Source: Acidobacteriota bacterium (GTDB lineage: Bacteria > Acidobacteriota > Thermoanaerobaculia > Gp7-AA8). Taken from it: 64,000 bases of DNA. The notes under the pieces are model-generated. The model had not been told where the DNA came from and searched no databases. It saw only the letters and a program-made list of their open reading frames with translations. The position numbers and the translations under genes are program-made. Where the stretch lies: the NCBI GenBank assembly GCA_019244185.1, contig JAFATB010000019.1:96001-160000 (forward strand), in the 5' to 3' direction. Of the stretch, positions 38,172-48,587 are shown piece by piece (position 1 is the stretch's first letter; every line of letters begins with the position of its first letter).

Positions 38172-40076
38172 ATGTCCTTCGTCGACCGCCTGCTCGGCCG
38201 CCGCCTCGCCTCGTGGGAGACGGAGGACGCGAAGATCGGCGCGTTCCGCGGCGTTCCGGTCCTCGGGCTCGACGGGCTGGCGTCCGCGGCATACGGTCCC
38301 GAGGCCGCGCTCGCGATTCTGATTCCCCTCGGCGCGATCGGTCTGCGCTACATCGCACCGATCACCGCGGTCGTTCTCGGGCTGCTGGCGATTCTCTATT
38401 TCTCGTACCGGCAGACGATCGCCGCGTATCCGAACGGCGGCGGCTCGTACATCGTCGCGCGCGAGAACCTCGGCACGCGCATGGGGCTGCTCTCCGCGGC
38501 CGCGCTGCTGCTCGATTACATCCTGAACGTCGCCGTCGGCATTTCCGCGGGCGTCGGCGCGCTCGTCTCGGCGGTGCCCGCGCTGCACGCGCACATTCTT
38601 TCGCTATGTCTCGGCGTGCTCGTGCTCATCGCGATCCTGAACCTGCGCGGCGTGCGCGAGTCGTCGACCACGTTCGCCGTGCCGACGTATTTCTTCGTCG
38701 CTTCCCTCGGGACGGTCATGCTGATCGGCGTCTATAAGGCGATCGTGAGCGGCGGACATCCGCAACCGCTCGCGCCGATCCCCGCGACGGCGGCGGCGAC
38801 GACGACCGCGAGTCTCTGGCTGCTGCTGCGGTCGTTCGCGAGCGGCTGCACCGCGATGACGGGCGTCGAAGCGGTGAGCAACGGCGTGCCGATCTTCAAG
38901 GAGCCACCGGTTGTACACGCGCATCGCGCGCTCACCGCGATCGTGGCGATCCTCGGCTGTCTGCTCGCCGGCATCGCCTATCTCTCACACGCGTATGGCA
39001 TCACCGCGATGGACCAGCAGCAGCCGGGCTATCAGAGCATTCTCTCGTCGCTCGTGGCGGCGGTGGTCGGACGCGGGTTCTTCTACTACGTTACGCTCGC
39101 GGCGGTGCTCGCCGTGCTGTCGCTCTCCGCGAACACGAGCTTCGCCGATTTCCCGCGCCTCTGCCGCGTCATCGCCGAGGACGAGTATCTGCCGCACGCG
39201 TTCGCGAACGTCGGACGGCGGCTCGTCTACTCGGGCGGCATCATCGTGCTGACGGTCCTCGCCGGCGGATTGCTGATCGCGTTCGGCGGCATTACGGACC
39301 GTCTCATTCCGCTGTTCGCCGTCGGCGCGTTCGGCGCGTTCACGACATCACAGGCGGGCATGGTCGTGCACTGGAAGCGCATCGGCGCGCGGAAGCACTG
39401 GCATTCGCTCGCCATCAACGCCGTCGGCGCGGTCGTCACCGGCGTGGCGCTCGTCGTGATCATCATCGCGAAATTCAAGGAAGGCGCGTGGATCACGCTG
39501 GTGCTGATCCCGGCGATGCTGCTGATCTTCCGCGGCACGCGCCGCCATTACGCGATGGTGGACCGGCAGATGTCGTTCGACGCCGGCGCGATCGACGTGA
39601 CGCCGGAAGTCGAGCCGCCCGTCGTGGTGGTGCCGATCAAAGGCTGGAACAACCTCGCCGCGAAAGCGATCCGCTTCGCGATGACGATGTCGCCGAACGT
39701 CGTCGCCGTGCACGTGTTCACGGATCCGCAGCAAGCTGAGGAACTGCGCGCGCAATGGTCCGAGCACGTTGAGACGCCGCTGCGCGACACGACTCTGCGC
39801 ACGCCCAAGCTCGTGCTGCTGTCGTCACCCTACCGCCGCCTCTTCGGCCCGATCGTGCAGTACGTCGATCACCTGCGCCAGGAGTGCAGCGGCACGATCG
39901 CCGTGATCCTCCCCGATCTCGTCGAGGGCCGCTGGTGGGAGTATCTCCTGCACACGCACCGAGCCGGCGTGCTGCGTTCGTTGTTGTTGTTGAAGGGAAG
40001 CCAGCGCGTCGTCGTGATCAGCGTGCCCTGGTACCTGGAACGCCGCCGCAACAGTCGCTCCAAAGACGCGCCCTGA
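38172..40076 (+). CDS. APC family permease (KimA/YdaO-like)
   Basis: LDGLASAAYGPE, SYRQTIAAYPNGGGSY, GCTAMTGVEAVSNG, LIPLFAVG; about 12 TM plus a cytoplasmic domain. Confidence 0.88.
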   Translation: MSFVDRLLGRRLASWETEDAKIGAFRGVPVLGLDGLASAAYGPEAALAILIPLGAIGLRYIAPITAVVLGLLAILYFSYRQTIAAYPNGGGSYIVARENLGTRMGLLSAAALLLDYILNVAVGISAGVGALVSAVPALHAHILSLCLGVLVLIAILNLRGVRESSTTFAVPTYFFVASLGTVMLIGVYKAIVSGGHPQPLAPIPATAAATTTASLWLLLRSFASGCTAMTGVEAVSNGVPIFKEPPVVHAHRALTAIVAILGCLLAGIAYLSHAYGITAMDQQQPGYQSILSSLVAAVVGRGFFYYVTLAAVLAVLSLSANTSFADFPRLCRVIAEDEYLPHAFANVGRRLVYSGGIIVLTVLAGGLLIAFGGITDRLIPLFAVGAFGAFTTSQAGMVVHWKRIGARKHWHSLAINAVGAVVTGVALVVIIIAKFKEGAWITLVLIPAMLLIFRGTRRHYAMVDRQMSFDAGAIDVTPEVEPPVVVVPIKGWNNLAAKAIRFAMTMSPNVVAVHVFTDPQQAEELRAQWSEHVETPLRDTTLRTPKLVLLSSPYRRLFGPIVQYVDHLRQECSGTIAVILPDLVEGRWWEYLLHTHRAGVLRSLLLLKGSQRVVVISVPWYLERRRNSRSKDAP

Positions 40077-40171
40077 AATCCGCACGCTCTCGCCGCCGCT
40101 CAGCCGCGCGCAAGCGCCGGCTGCCGCGCGGCGAACGACCGCGGCCCGCAGGGTCCGCGTGTCGTTGTAGA

Positions 40172-40519
40172 TGGAGGCGGCGGGAATCGAACCCGCGTCC
40201 GAAAACAGTGGCAGCCTGGCTCCTACATGCTTAGCTCTTCGTTTGATCTCGTCCACGGCCTGTCCGGAGAGCGGGAACCGGACGTGGACCAGCCTCTTGA
40301 TCTCGCGGACGCGCGCGTAGGCGTTGCGCGCGCCGCCAGCTCACATCATGACGCTCGTTCCATCACCGTGAGCGAGTGATGGAGGAGCGCTCGAGGTCAA
40401 TTAAGCCGCGAGGGCAAAGTCGCTGTTCGCGATTGCGTGTTTTGATCGGTTTAACGAGGTGATCCGCTCGGCATGCAACCATGACCCCGACGTGTTCCCG
40501 TCGAAGCCGGTGCGCCCCC
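40172..40519 (-). ncRNA. ssrA: tmRNA
   Basis: 5' GGGGGCG / 3' CGCCTCCA acceptor stem with G3:U wobble; T-arm GCGGGTTCGATTCCCGC; tag ANSDFALAA* at 40401-40430. Confidence 0.96.
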
Positions 40520-40578
40520 AGATTGTCAACGAACCACGATGCAAAACGGCTGGCATGCTGCCAGAATTTCGCTCCGAC

Positions 40579-41403
40579 ATGGATCCGCACGAGCTAGAAC
40601 GCATCGTCCGCACCGCCTTCGCCGAAGACCTCCCGGACATCACGAGCGAGGCCATCTTTGCGCCGTCCGATCGCGGCGCGGCGAAGTTTCTCATGAAGGC
40701 CGAAGGTGTCATCGCCGGGCTCGCCGCCATCGAAACGGTCTTTCGTCTGCTCGATGAGAGCGCACGCGTGAGGTTGCACGCGGAGGACGGCGACGCGGTC
40801 GCGCCTGGTGATGTGATCGCGGAGGTCGAGGCGTCGGTGATTGCGCTCCTGTCGGGCGAACGCACGGCGCTCAATTTGCTGCAACGCGCGTCGGGCATCG
40901 CCACGGCGACACGCCGCTACGTCGACGCGGTACGCGGCACGCGCGCGCGCATCTACGACACGCGCAAAACCGCGCCGGGACTGCGCATGCTCGACAAAGA
41001 GGCAGTGCGGGCGGGAGGCGGCGAGAACCACCGCATCGGCCTGCACGACATGTTTCTCGTGAAAAACAACCACGTCGACCGCGCCGGCTCCATCACCGCG
41101 GCCGTGCAGCGCATCCGCGCGAAGCAGATGCCGCAGCCGATCATGGTCGAGGTGCGCAACCGTAAAGAGCTCGACGAGGCGCTCGCGCAGACGCCCGACT
41201 TCATCCTCCTCGACAACATGTCGCACGACGAGATGTGCGAGGCCGTCGAACGCACCGCGGGACGCGTGCCGCTCGAGGCCTCCGGCGGCATCACGCTCGA
41301 CACCATCCGCGCCGTCGCCGAGACCGGCGTCGACCGCATCTCCATCGGCGCGCTGACGCATTCGGTGACCGCGCTCGACATCTCGATGCGCATCCATCGC
41401 TGA
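40579..41403 (+). CDS. nadC: Nicotinate-nucleotide pyrophosphorylase
   Basis: ERTALNLLQRASGIAT, DTRKTAPGLR, NHRIGLHD, ILLDNM, EASGGIT, ISIGALTHS. Confidence 0.95.
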   Translation: MDPHELERIVRTAFAEDLPDITSEAIFAPSDRGAAKFLMKAEGVIAGLAAIETVFRLLDESARVRLHAEDGDAVAPGDVIAEVEASVIALLSGERTALNLLQRASGIATATRRYVDAVRGTRARIYDTRKTAPGLRMLDKEAVRAGGGENHRIGLHDMFLVKNNHVDRAGSITAAVQRIRAKQMPQPIMVEVRNRKELDEALAQTPDFILLDNMSHDEMCEAVERTAGRVPLEASGGITLDTIRAVAETGVDRISIGALTHSVTALDISMRIHR

Positions 41404-41411
41404 CAACGTCG

Positions 41412-41426
41412 TGGCACGCTCGTTGC
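41412..41426 (+). promoter_or_regulatory. Sigma54 -24/-12 promoter
   Basis: TGGCACG-CTCG-TTGC, matching the consensus, 14 nt before the DGC ATG. Confidence 0.7.
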
Positions 41427-41440
41427 CGCCGCGTCTGCCG

Positions 41441-42421
<981 letters not shown>

Positions 42422-42445
42422 ACGTTTGGCGCGCCGAGCGGCGCG

Positions 42446-42766
42446 CTACGAAGCCGCGAGCGCGAGCTCGCGCTTGCAGCGATCGATCTCCGCGCGCAGG
42501 TTCAGCACGTGCTGCTGCACCTTCTCCTCGAGCCCCTCGGCGCCCTCGTTCGTCTCGAGCACTTTCTCGAGTGCCGCGGCGTCGGTCGAGATCCGCTGAA
42601 AGCCGTAGCTGCCGCCCGAGCCTTTCAGCTGATGCGCGAGGTACGTGAGGCGATCCTGCGCCTCGCGCGTGCGAACGCTCTCGAGCGCCGTCTGCATCTC
42701 GTCGACTTTGCCTCGCGCCTCGTCGAGGAACTCCCGTTTCAGTTCATCCAGCTCGTGATCCACCAT
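42446..42766 (-). CDS. Stand-alone Hpt domain protein
   Basis: LAHQLKGSGGSYGF..IS..AAALE. Confidence 0.88.
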   Translation of the reverse strand: MVDHELDELKREFLDEARGKVDEMQTALESVRTREAQDRLTYLAHQLKGSGGSYGFQRISTDAAALEKVLETNEGAEGLEEKVQQHVLNLRAEIDRCKRELALAAS

Positions 42767-42788
42767 CGGCATACCCGGCCGCGGTCGT

Positions 42789-42804
42789 TGCACGGGATGT
42801 GCCG
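42789..42804 (-). promoter_or_regulatory. Putative sigma54 promoter of the Hpt gene
   Basis: CGGCAC-ATCCC-GTGCA (GG-N10-GC). Confidence 0.5.
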
Positions 42805-42864
42805 CCGCGCCCGCCGTGTGAGGCATGTCTCACGGCACGCGTGTCTTATGATGACGCGGAGGTC

Positions 42865-43503
42865 ATGACCGCCGAGACGCTCGTGGTGCCGCGCGCCGCT
42901 TTCGACTTCGAGGAGCCGTGGGCGACGCCGCCGGAATGCACGCCCGTGCGTTTGCGCGCCGCGACCGACGCCTCCGCGCCGCGCCTGGCGACGAGCATCA
43001 CCGTCTGGTTCGACGACGCGTATCTGACGGTGCTCTTCTGCGCCTCCGACGACCGCATCGAAGCCTCGCATCTCGCGCACGACGCGCCGCTCTACGAGGA
43101 AGACGCCTTCGAGCTCTTTCTCGCGCCGGAGCGCCTCACGCGCTACTTCGAGATCGAGGTGAGCCCGCGCGGCACGATCTTCGACGCCGCGATCGACTCG
43201 CCCGACGGCGTGCGCCAGACGATGAGCGTCGATCGCGAATGGAACTGCGAGGGGCTCTTCGCCGCCGTGCGAACTGTCATCGAATCCAACGGCACGATGA
43301 GCGTCGACACCGTCGTGCGCGTGCCGTTCGCGGCGCTGGGTTGTCCTGTTCCGTCCGACGGCGACACGTGGCGCGCGAACTTCTTTCGCATCGACCGCCA
43401 CCCGGAGCGCGGCGACGAATACAGCGCGTGGCAGCCGACGATGAGAGTGCCCGCCGACTTTCACGTGGCGGACGCGTTTGGAACGCTCAGGTTCAAAGGC
43501 TGA
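42865..43503 (+). CDS. Carbohydrate-binding family 9-like (DOMON-like) protein
   Basis: LYEEDAFELFL, YFEIEVSPRG, WRANFFR, FH...FG; GGAGG RBS. Confidence 0.8.
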   Translation: MTAETLVVPRAAFDFEEPWATPPECTPVRLRAATDASAPRLATSITVWFDDAYLTVLFCASDDRIEASHLAHDAPLYEEDAFELFLAPERLTRYFEIEVSPRGTIFDAAIDSPDGVRQTMSVDREWNCEGLFAAVRTVIESNGTMSVDTVVRVPFAALGCPVPSDGDTWRANFFRIDRHPERGDEYSAWQPTMRVPADFHVADAFGTLRFKG

Positions 43504-43592
43504 ATGAAGAATTTCGAATGAAGAATTCAGAATGAAGACCGCGCCGGCGCGCCTTCTCAATTCTTCATTCTTCATTCGAAATTCTTCATTCA
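43501..43592. repeat. Heptamer-built palindromic intergenic element, copy 2
   Basis: TGAATGAAGAATTTCGAATGAAGAA ... TTCTTCATTCGAAATTCTTCATTCA. Confidence 0.85.
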
Positions 43593-43631
43593 TCGTTTTC
43601 TCCGGCCTACCCCTTGCACCCGCGCCCTCCC

Positions 43632-45476
43632 GTGCGCCGCCCCCTCCTCCTCCTCCTCCTCCTGACTTCGCTCTCCGCCTCCGCCGCCAACTGGGGTGAG
43701 CGCGGCATCAGCCGCCGCTTCGCGCTGCGCGGCAATCTGCTCTACGACGTCGACGGACGCGGCGTCTCCGTGTACGACGTGAGCGATACCTCCTCGATCC
43801 GCCGCGTCGACAGCGAGCCGTGGAACGACGAGACGTACGACCTCGCGCTGCACGGCGACCAGGCCATCGTGGCCACGAGGCGCGGGCTCGTGCGTTACGC
43901 GATCGGCGCCGACGGCATGCTCGCGTTCTCCGGCGTCAACGAATCCCTTCCTCCGATTTCCCACCTCGCCGCGAACGCCGACGCGATCGCCGCATCGACC
44001 GGCGACCGGCTCCTCTTCATCAACGACGAGACGCTCGACGCCGACCGCGAGATCGCGTTCAACAATCCGATCCGCGCGCTCGCGTTCAGCGACGACGCGC
44101 TCTACGTCGCCGTCGAACGCTCCGGCATCTTCGTGCTCGATCCGCAGAGCGGCGAACAGCTCGGCTTCGTGCCGGTCGAAGCGACCGCGCTCGCCGTCAA
44201 CGGCGCGACGCTCTGGGCGGCGGGCGGCACGCTCAAAGGCCTCACCGCGATCGACGTCAGCGATCCCGCGAACCCCGCGGTCATCGGCAACTCCGGCAAC
44301 AACGAGCACACGTACGGCGATCTCGCCGCGACGGACAACCGCGTCTACGCGATCGAAGGCGCGGACGAAGTGCGCGTCTTCGACACCTCCGATGCGACCG
44401 ACCCGCAACTCGTCTCATCGATCGACGACTGGGTCGCCGTCGTCGCCGCGTCCGGCAACCGCGTGTTCCTCTCCGGCTCGATCGTCGACCAGCACGGGAT
44501 GAAATCCGAGACCGGCGTTCCGCTGCGCGTCTACGACGCCACGACGCTGGCGACCCTCGGCGAGTTCGACGATCTCGCCGGCGCGGTGAGCGGCGCGTGG
44601 ACCGACGGCTCGGTCGCGTTCATCGTCGACCCGCCGTACTTTCGCGTGCTCGACGTCTCGAACAGCGACGCCCCGCGCGAGCTCGCGAACCTCATCGTGC
44701 CGGGGCTGCAGGACTCGATCCGCGTGCGCGACGGCATGGCCATCGTCTACGGCCGCGCGAAGGTGAACTTCATCGACGTCCACGACATCTACCGTCCGAC
44801 CTTCGACGGCACGTGGGACGCGCAGGGACATCCGCCCGGCGGCGCCGGCTTCACCGGCCAGGACACCGTCGTCGAGGCGAACGATCACAGCGGCATGCAC
44901 GTGGTCGACTACAGCGATCCGACGAACCCGCGCATCATCGGCAGCATCAACATGCACTACTTCGAGATCGCGACCGGCGACAGCGCGATCTACACGATCG
45001 ACGCGAGCGCGCTGCTGGCGCGCGAGCTCGTCAACCGCACTCACATCGTCGAACGCAGCGCTTTCAAGACGCTCTATCAGCACCTCGACTCCGCGCCGCC
45101 GAACTCGCCGGCACCGGAGCGCCTCGTCGCGACCGCAGGCAATCTCATCTCGGTCTTCAGCCTCGCCGCCGATCGTTTCGCGCCGGTCGAGGTCGCTCGC
45201 ATCCCGTTCGGCGGTGTGGACGCGCTCGGCACGACCGCGACGACCGCCTGGGTCGCGCGCGACGGCGTGCTCCACCGCATCGATCTCCTCAGCCCCGGCG
45301 CGCCGGAGGCCACCGACTACCACGTCACCGCGCCGATGCAGATCAGCGCGGCAGGCGAGAAGATCGTCGTAGCGGACCGCTATTCGGTGCGCGTCTACGG
45401 GCCGCAGACCGACGCGCCCCCGCCCCCGCCGCCTCCGTCCGCGCCGCCGATGCGCCACCGCGCCATCCGCCACTGA
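43632..45476 (+). CDS. Secreted LVIVD-repeat beta-propeller protein
   Basis: Signal peptide; repeated G..(V/I)(Y/I)DVSDP..P motifs; Pro linker followed by MRHRAIRH tail. Confidence 0.8.
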   Translation: MRRPLLLLLLLTSLSASAANWGERGISRRFALRGNLLYDVDGRGVSVYDVSDTSSIRRVDSEPWNDETYDLALHGDQAIVATRRGLVRYAIGADGMLAFSGVNESLPPISHLAANADAIAASTGDRLLFINDETLDADREIAFNNPIRALAFSDDALYVAVERSGIFVLDPQSGEQLGFVPVEATALAVNGATLWAAGGTLKGLTAIDVSDPANPAVIGNSGNNEHTYGDLAATDNRVYAIEGADEVRVFDTSDATDPQLVSSIDDWVAVVAASGNRVFLSGSIVDQHGMKSETGVPLRVYDATTLATLGEFDDLAGAVSGAWTDGSVAFIVDPPYFRVLDVSNSDAPRELANLIVPGLQDSIRVRDGMAIVYGRAKVNFIDVHDIYRPTFDGTWDAQGHPPGGAGFTGQDTVVEANDHSGMHVVDYSDPTNPRIIGSINMHYFEIATGDSAIYTIDASALLARELVNRTHIVERSAFKTLYQHLDSAPPNSPAPERLVATAGNLISVFSLAADRFAPVEVARIPFGGVDALGTTATTAWVARDGVLHRIDLLSPGAPEATDYHVTAPMQISAAGEKIVVADRYSVRVYGPQTDAPPPPPPPSAPPMRHRAIRH

Positions 45477-45585
45477 ATTTCGGACGGAGGATTTCAGGAA
45501 TTCATCCGAACTTTTCTGATTTGTAAACGGTACTCCGGCACGTTGGGCGTAGAGTGACGGCGGCTAAAGGGACCTCTTTCTCCAT

Positions 45586-46047
45586 ATGGTTCGATGCATT
45601 CCCAGACTGATCCTGCTCGCGCTCGTCGCCGCGACCGTCGTCGTGCGCGGCCAGGAGGCGAAGTGCAGCAGCACCGCGCAGGAGTGCGATCAGCAGATCC
45701 GGAAGATGCTCAGCGGCCGCCGCTACCTCGGCGCCACGATCGCCGAGACGAACCCCGGACTGCTCATCAAAGCGCTCGTGCCGGACGGCCCCGCCGCGCG
45801 TTCCGGGCTTCGCACCGGCGACCGCCTCATTGCGGTCAACGGCAAGTCGCTGACGCAGGCATCCGCGAGCGAGTTCAAGCAGATCCTCGCCGACGCCGGT
45901 CAGACAGGGCGGCTCTGGATCATCGTCTGGCGCCGCGGAGCGTACATCAAAGTCGACGCACGACTGGAACCATACACGAAGGAGCAGATCGACAAGATCG
46001 TCGCGGCGCACATCGCCCAGAGCCACACCATGACGGCAGCGCAGTGA
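45586..46047 (+). CDS. Secreted PDZ domain protein
   Basis: YLGATI, PDGPAARSGLRTGDRLIAVNG. Confidence 0.85.
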   Translation: MVRCIPRLILLALVAATVVVRGQEAKCSSTAQECDQQIRKMLSGRRYLGATIAETNPGLLIKALVPDGPAARSGLRTGDRLIAVNGKSLTQASASEFKQILADAGQTGRLWIIVWRRGAYIKVDARLEPYTKEQIDKIVAAHIAQSHTMTAAQ

Positions 46048-46069
46048 TGACCGGTCGATCCCACGGCCG

Positions 46070-47647
46070 ATGTTTTCCGACCTGATCGAGAGACTGCGAG
46101 CGCTCTCCCCGCGCGGGAGACGGCCGGACCGCGTCTCGATCCTGCTCCCCTTCCTGATCATCTCCATCGGCCTCGGCGCGCTCGCCTGGCGCTCGTTCGA
46201 TCTGTCGCGCAAGACCGAGCTCAGCGCGAAGACGCTCGCGATTCAATACGCCGGCTACTCGGCCGAGATCGCCGCGCGCCGCGTCGACGCCGCCGTCCGC
46301 ACCGAGATGATCCGCGCCTCCGATGACTGGCGCCAGACCGAGCGCCGCGACGGCGCGCCGACGTTCGCCTCCGTGCGCGAGTGGGTCGCGCAGCGCGGCT
46401 GGATCGTCTCCGCGATCTACGTTCCCGACGACGATCCGGCCAGCTCGGTCTACGTCAGCGAGCTCGCCGCGCACGACCACGCCGTGCGCCTCTCGCGCGA
46501 GATCTTCACCTCCAGCGGCACGATGCGCTACACCTACGATCCACGCCGCCTGCTCCAGGCCGTGCAGGACGCGGTCAAGCAGCAGCCGCTCGTGCGCGTC
46601 GGCGCTGAAGCGGGACTCCCGATCGGCCAGCGCGCCGACCTCACGCTCGTGCTCGATCCGCACGTCGAAGGTCTGCAGCGCGTCGATGACGGCTACCGCT
46701 TCACCGCCGCGCTCGCGCCGCCGCTGCAGGCGTACGGCGTCCGCGCCGCCGTGCGCACCGCGTACGTCGGCGGCCGCGGCTGGGAGAACCAGCGCTTCGT
46801 CTCGCTCAGCGTGAGCATCCTGGCCATCATCCTCACCGGCGCCGGCGTCATGCTCGCGCTGCGCGGCATGAACAAGGAAGCGGAGACGACCAAGCTCCGC
46901 GGCGCGCTCATCGCGAACGTCTCGCACGAGCTGCGCACGCCGCTCTCGATGATCCGCCTCGGCGCGGAGACGCTCAAGCTCGGACGCCTCAAACCGCAGG
47001 AGCGCGCCGAGATCGAGGACCAGATCCTCCGCGAGGTGCTGCTCCTCTCGCACCTCGTCGAGAACGTGCTCGATGTCGCGCGCATGCAGAACCGCAGCAC
47101 GAAGGCGCTGGCCTTCACCGCCGTGCATCCGCGTGACCTCATCCGCGGCCTCGTCGCGACGTACGAGGGCTGGATCCGCAGCAAAGGCTTCACCGTCGCG
47201 CTCGAGCTCGACGAGAGCATCGGTCCGCAGATGTGGGACCGCGACGCCGTGTCGCGCGCGCTGCTCAACCTCATCGACAACGCCATCAAGTATTCGAACG
47301 ACGACAAAGCCATCGACGTCGCGCTGCGCGAGACCGCGGAGCACGTCGTCATCGAGGTGAAGGACCGCGGCATCGGCATCGACGCCAAGGACGCGGCGCG
47401 CATCTTCGATCCGTACTACCGCGCGAAGTTCTCCGACACCATCACGCGCCGCGGCGCCGGACTCGGACTCACGCTCGTGCAGCAGATCGTGCATTCGCAC
47501 GGCGGACGCGTCGAGCTCGAGTCGCAGCCCGGCGCCGGCTCGACCTTCCGCCTGCTCTTCCCGCGCGAGCTCGCGGACGCCGCGGCCGACGACGCGACCG
47601 ACTCGCGCCGCTCGCTCGGCGAAACCCTCGCCCCCGGACTCCCGTAA
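46070..47647 (+). CDS. Membrane sensor histidine kinase
   Basis: Two TMs; ANVSHELRTPL, NLIDNAIKY, DRGIGI, GAGLGL. Confidence 0.93.
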   Translation: MFSDLIERLRALSPRGRRPDRVSILLPFLIISIGLGALAWRSFDLSRKTELSAKTLAIQYAGYSAEIAARRVDAAVRTEMIRASDDWRQTERRDGAPTFASVREWVAQRGWIVSAIYVPDDDPASSVYVSELAAHDHAVRLSREIFTSSGTMRYTYDPRRLLQAVQDAVKQQPLVRVGAEAGLPIGQRADLTLVLDPHVEGLQRVDDGYRFTAALAPPLQAYGVRAAVRTAYVGGRGWENQRFVSLSVSILAIILTGAGVMLALRGMNKEAETTKLRGALIANVSHELRTPLSMIRLGAETLKLGRLKPQERAEIEDQILREVLLLSHLVENVLDVARMQNRSTKALAFTAVHPRDLIRGLVATYEGWIRSKGFTVALELDESIGPQMWDRDAVSRALLNLIDNAIKYSNDDKAIDVALRETAEHVVIEVKDRGIGIDAKDAARIFDPYYRAKFSDTITRRGAGLGLTLVQQIVHSHGGRVELESQPGAGSTFRLLFPRELADAAADDATDSRRSLGETLAPGLP

Positions 47648-47673
47648 CATTGCCGTACAACGGAGCGTTTTGA

Positions 47674-48390
47674 ATGACGAAGATCCTGATCGTGGAAGAC
47701 GAGGCGGGACTGAGGCAGGGACTGGAGATCAATCTCCGCCACGAGAATTACGAGACGGCCACGGCCGCCGACGGCGAGGAGGCCATCCGCCTCTTCCACG
47801 CTGAGAGCCCCGATCTCATCCTGCTCGACCTCATGCTGCCGAAGAAAAGCGGATTCGAGGTCCTCGACCACATCCGCAAAGTCTCGAAAGTGCCGGTGAT
47901 CCTGCTCACCGCGCGCGGCCAGGAGACCGACAAGGTCCGCGGTCTGCGCGGCGGCGCGGATGACTACGTCACCAAGCCGTTCGGCGTGCAGGAGCTCTTC
48001 GCGCGCATCGACGCGGTCATGCGCCGCAGCGAGGTCGTGACGACGACGGCGCGGTCGATCTGCGAGGACTCGCTGATCCGCCTCGATCCCGCCACGCGCG
48101 AAGCCTCGGCGAACAATCAGAAGCTCAAGCTCTCGCCGAAAGAGTTCGATCTGCTGATGTACCTCTTCAAGAACAAGGAGCGCGTCGTGCCGCGCGACGA
48201 GCTGCTCTCGCGCGTCTGGAACTATCGCGTCGATCTCAACCTCAACAGCCGCACCGTCGACACGCACGTCACGCGTCTGCGCCGCAAGCTGCAGAAGGCG
48301 GTCGGCACCGACGCCGCGGTCATCGTCGCCGTCGCGAAGATCGGCTACCGCTACCTCGGCGAGGCCAGCGGCTCGGCGGTGGCGCGCTGA
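47674..48390 (+). CDS. OmpR-family response regulator
   Basis: ILIVEDE, LLDLMLP, GADDYVTKPF; winged helix SRTVDTHVTRLRRK, GYR. Confidence 0.94.
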   Translation: MTKILIVEDEAGLRQGLEINLRHENYETATAADGEEAIRLFHAESPDLILLDLMLPKKSGFEVLDHIRKVSKVPVILLTARGQETDKVRGLRGGADDYVTKPFGVQELFARIDAVMRRSEVVTTTARSICEDSLIRLDPATREASANNQKLKLSPKEFDLLMYLFKNKERVVPRDELLSRVWNYRVDLNLNSRTVDTHVTRLRRKLQKAVGTDAAVIVAVAKIGYRYLGEASGSAVAR

Positions 48391-48424
48391 TCGCGATGCA
48401 GGACCTGGAGTAGAATCCGCCGCA

Positions 48425-48493
48425 ATGTCTCGGACGACCGTTCACGCGTGCGCTTGTTGTCGGCCCGCCGCGGGTCCGTCCGAGGTTTGTTGA
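48425..48493 (+). CDS. Cys-rich leader peptide of cysK (MSRTTVHACACCRPAAGPSEVC)
   Basis: 22-codon uORF with Cys at 9, 11, 12 and 22; TAGAAT -10 at 48411-48416, 8 nt before the ATG. Confidence 0.8.
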   Translation: MSRTTVHACACCRPAAGPSEVC

Positions 48494-48524
48494 TGGTCGT
48501 TTAAAAACCCAGCGAATCGAGATG

Positions 48525-48559
48525 GACCCGAGCCGTTGCGCTCGGGTCTTTTTGTTTTT
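48525..48559 (+). terminator. Attenuator terminator upstream of cysK
   Basis: GACCCGAGC-cgttgc-GCTCGGGTC followed by TTTTTGTTTTT. Confidence 0.85.
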
Positions 48560-48587
48560 GCGCGAAAGAAAGGAACGGTTTCCCCTC

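Noticed and set aside
40076-40172. Possible genomic island at the tmRNA 3' end
   Set aside because: No integrase or duplicated tmRNA 3' end was seen; flanking genes look native.
40363-40590. 75-aa ORF ending near the tmRNA tag region, and the 167-aa ORF ending ANSDFALAA
   Set aside because: These frames cross the tmRNA; only the resume-codon tag is meaningful.
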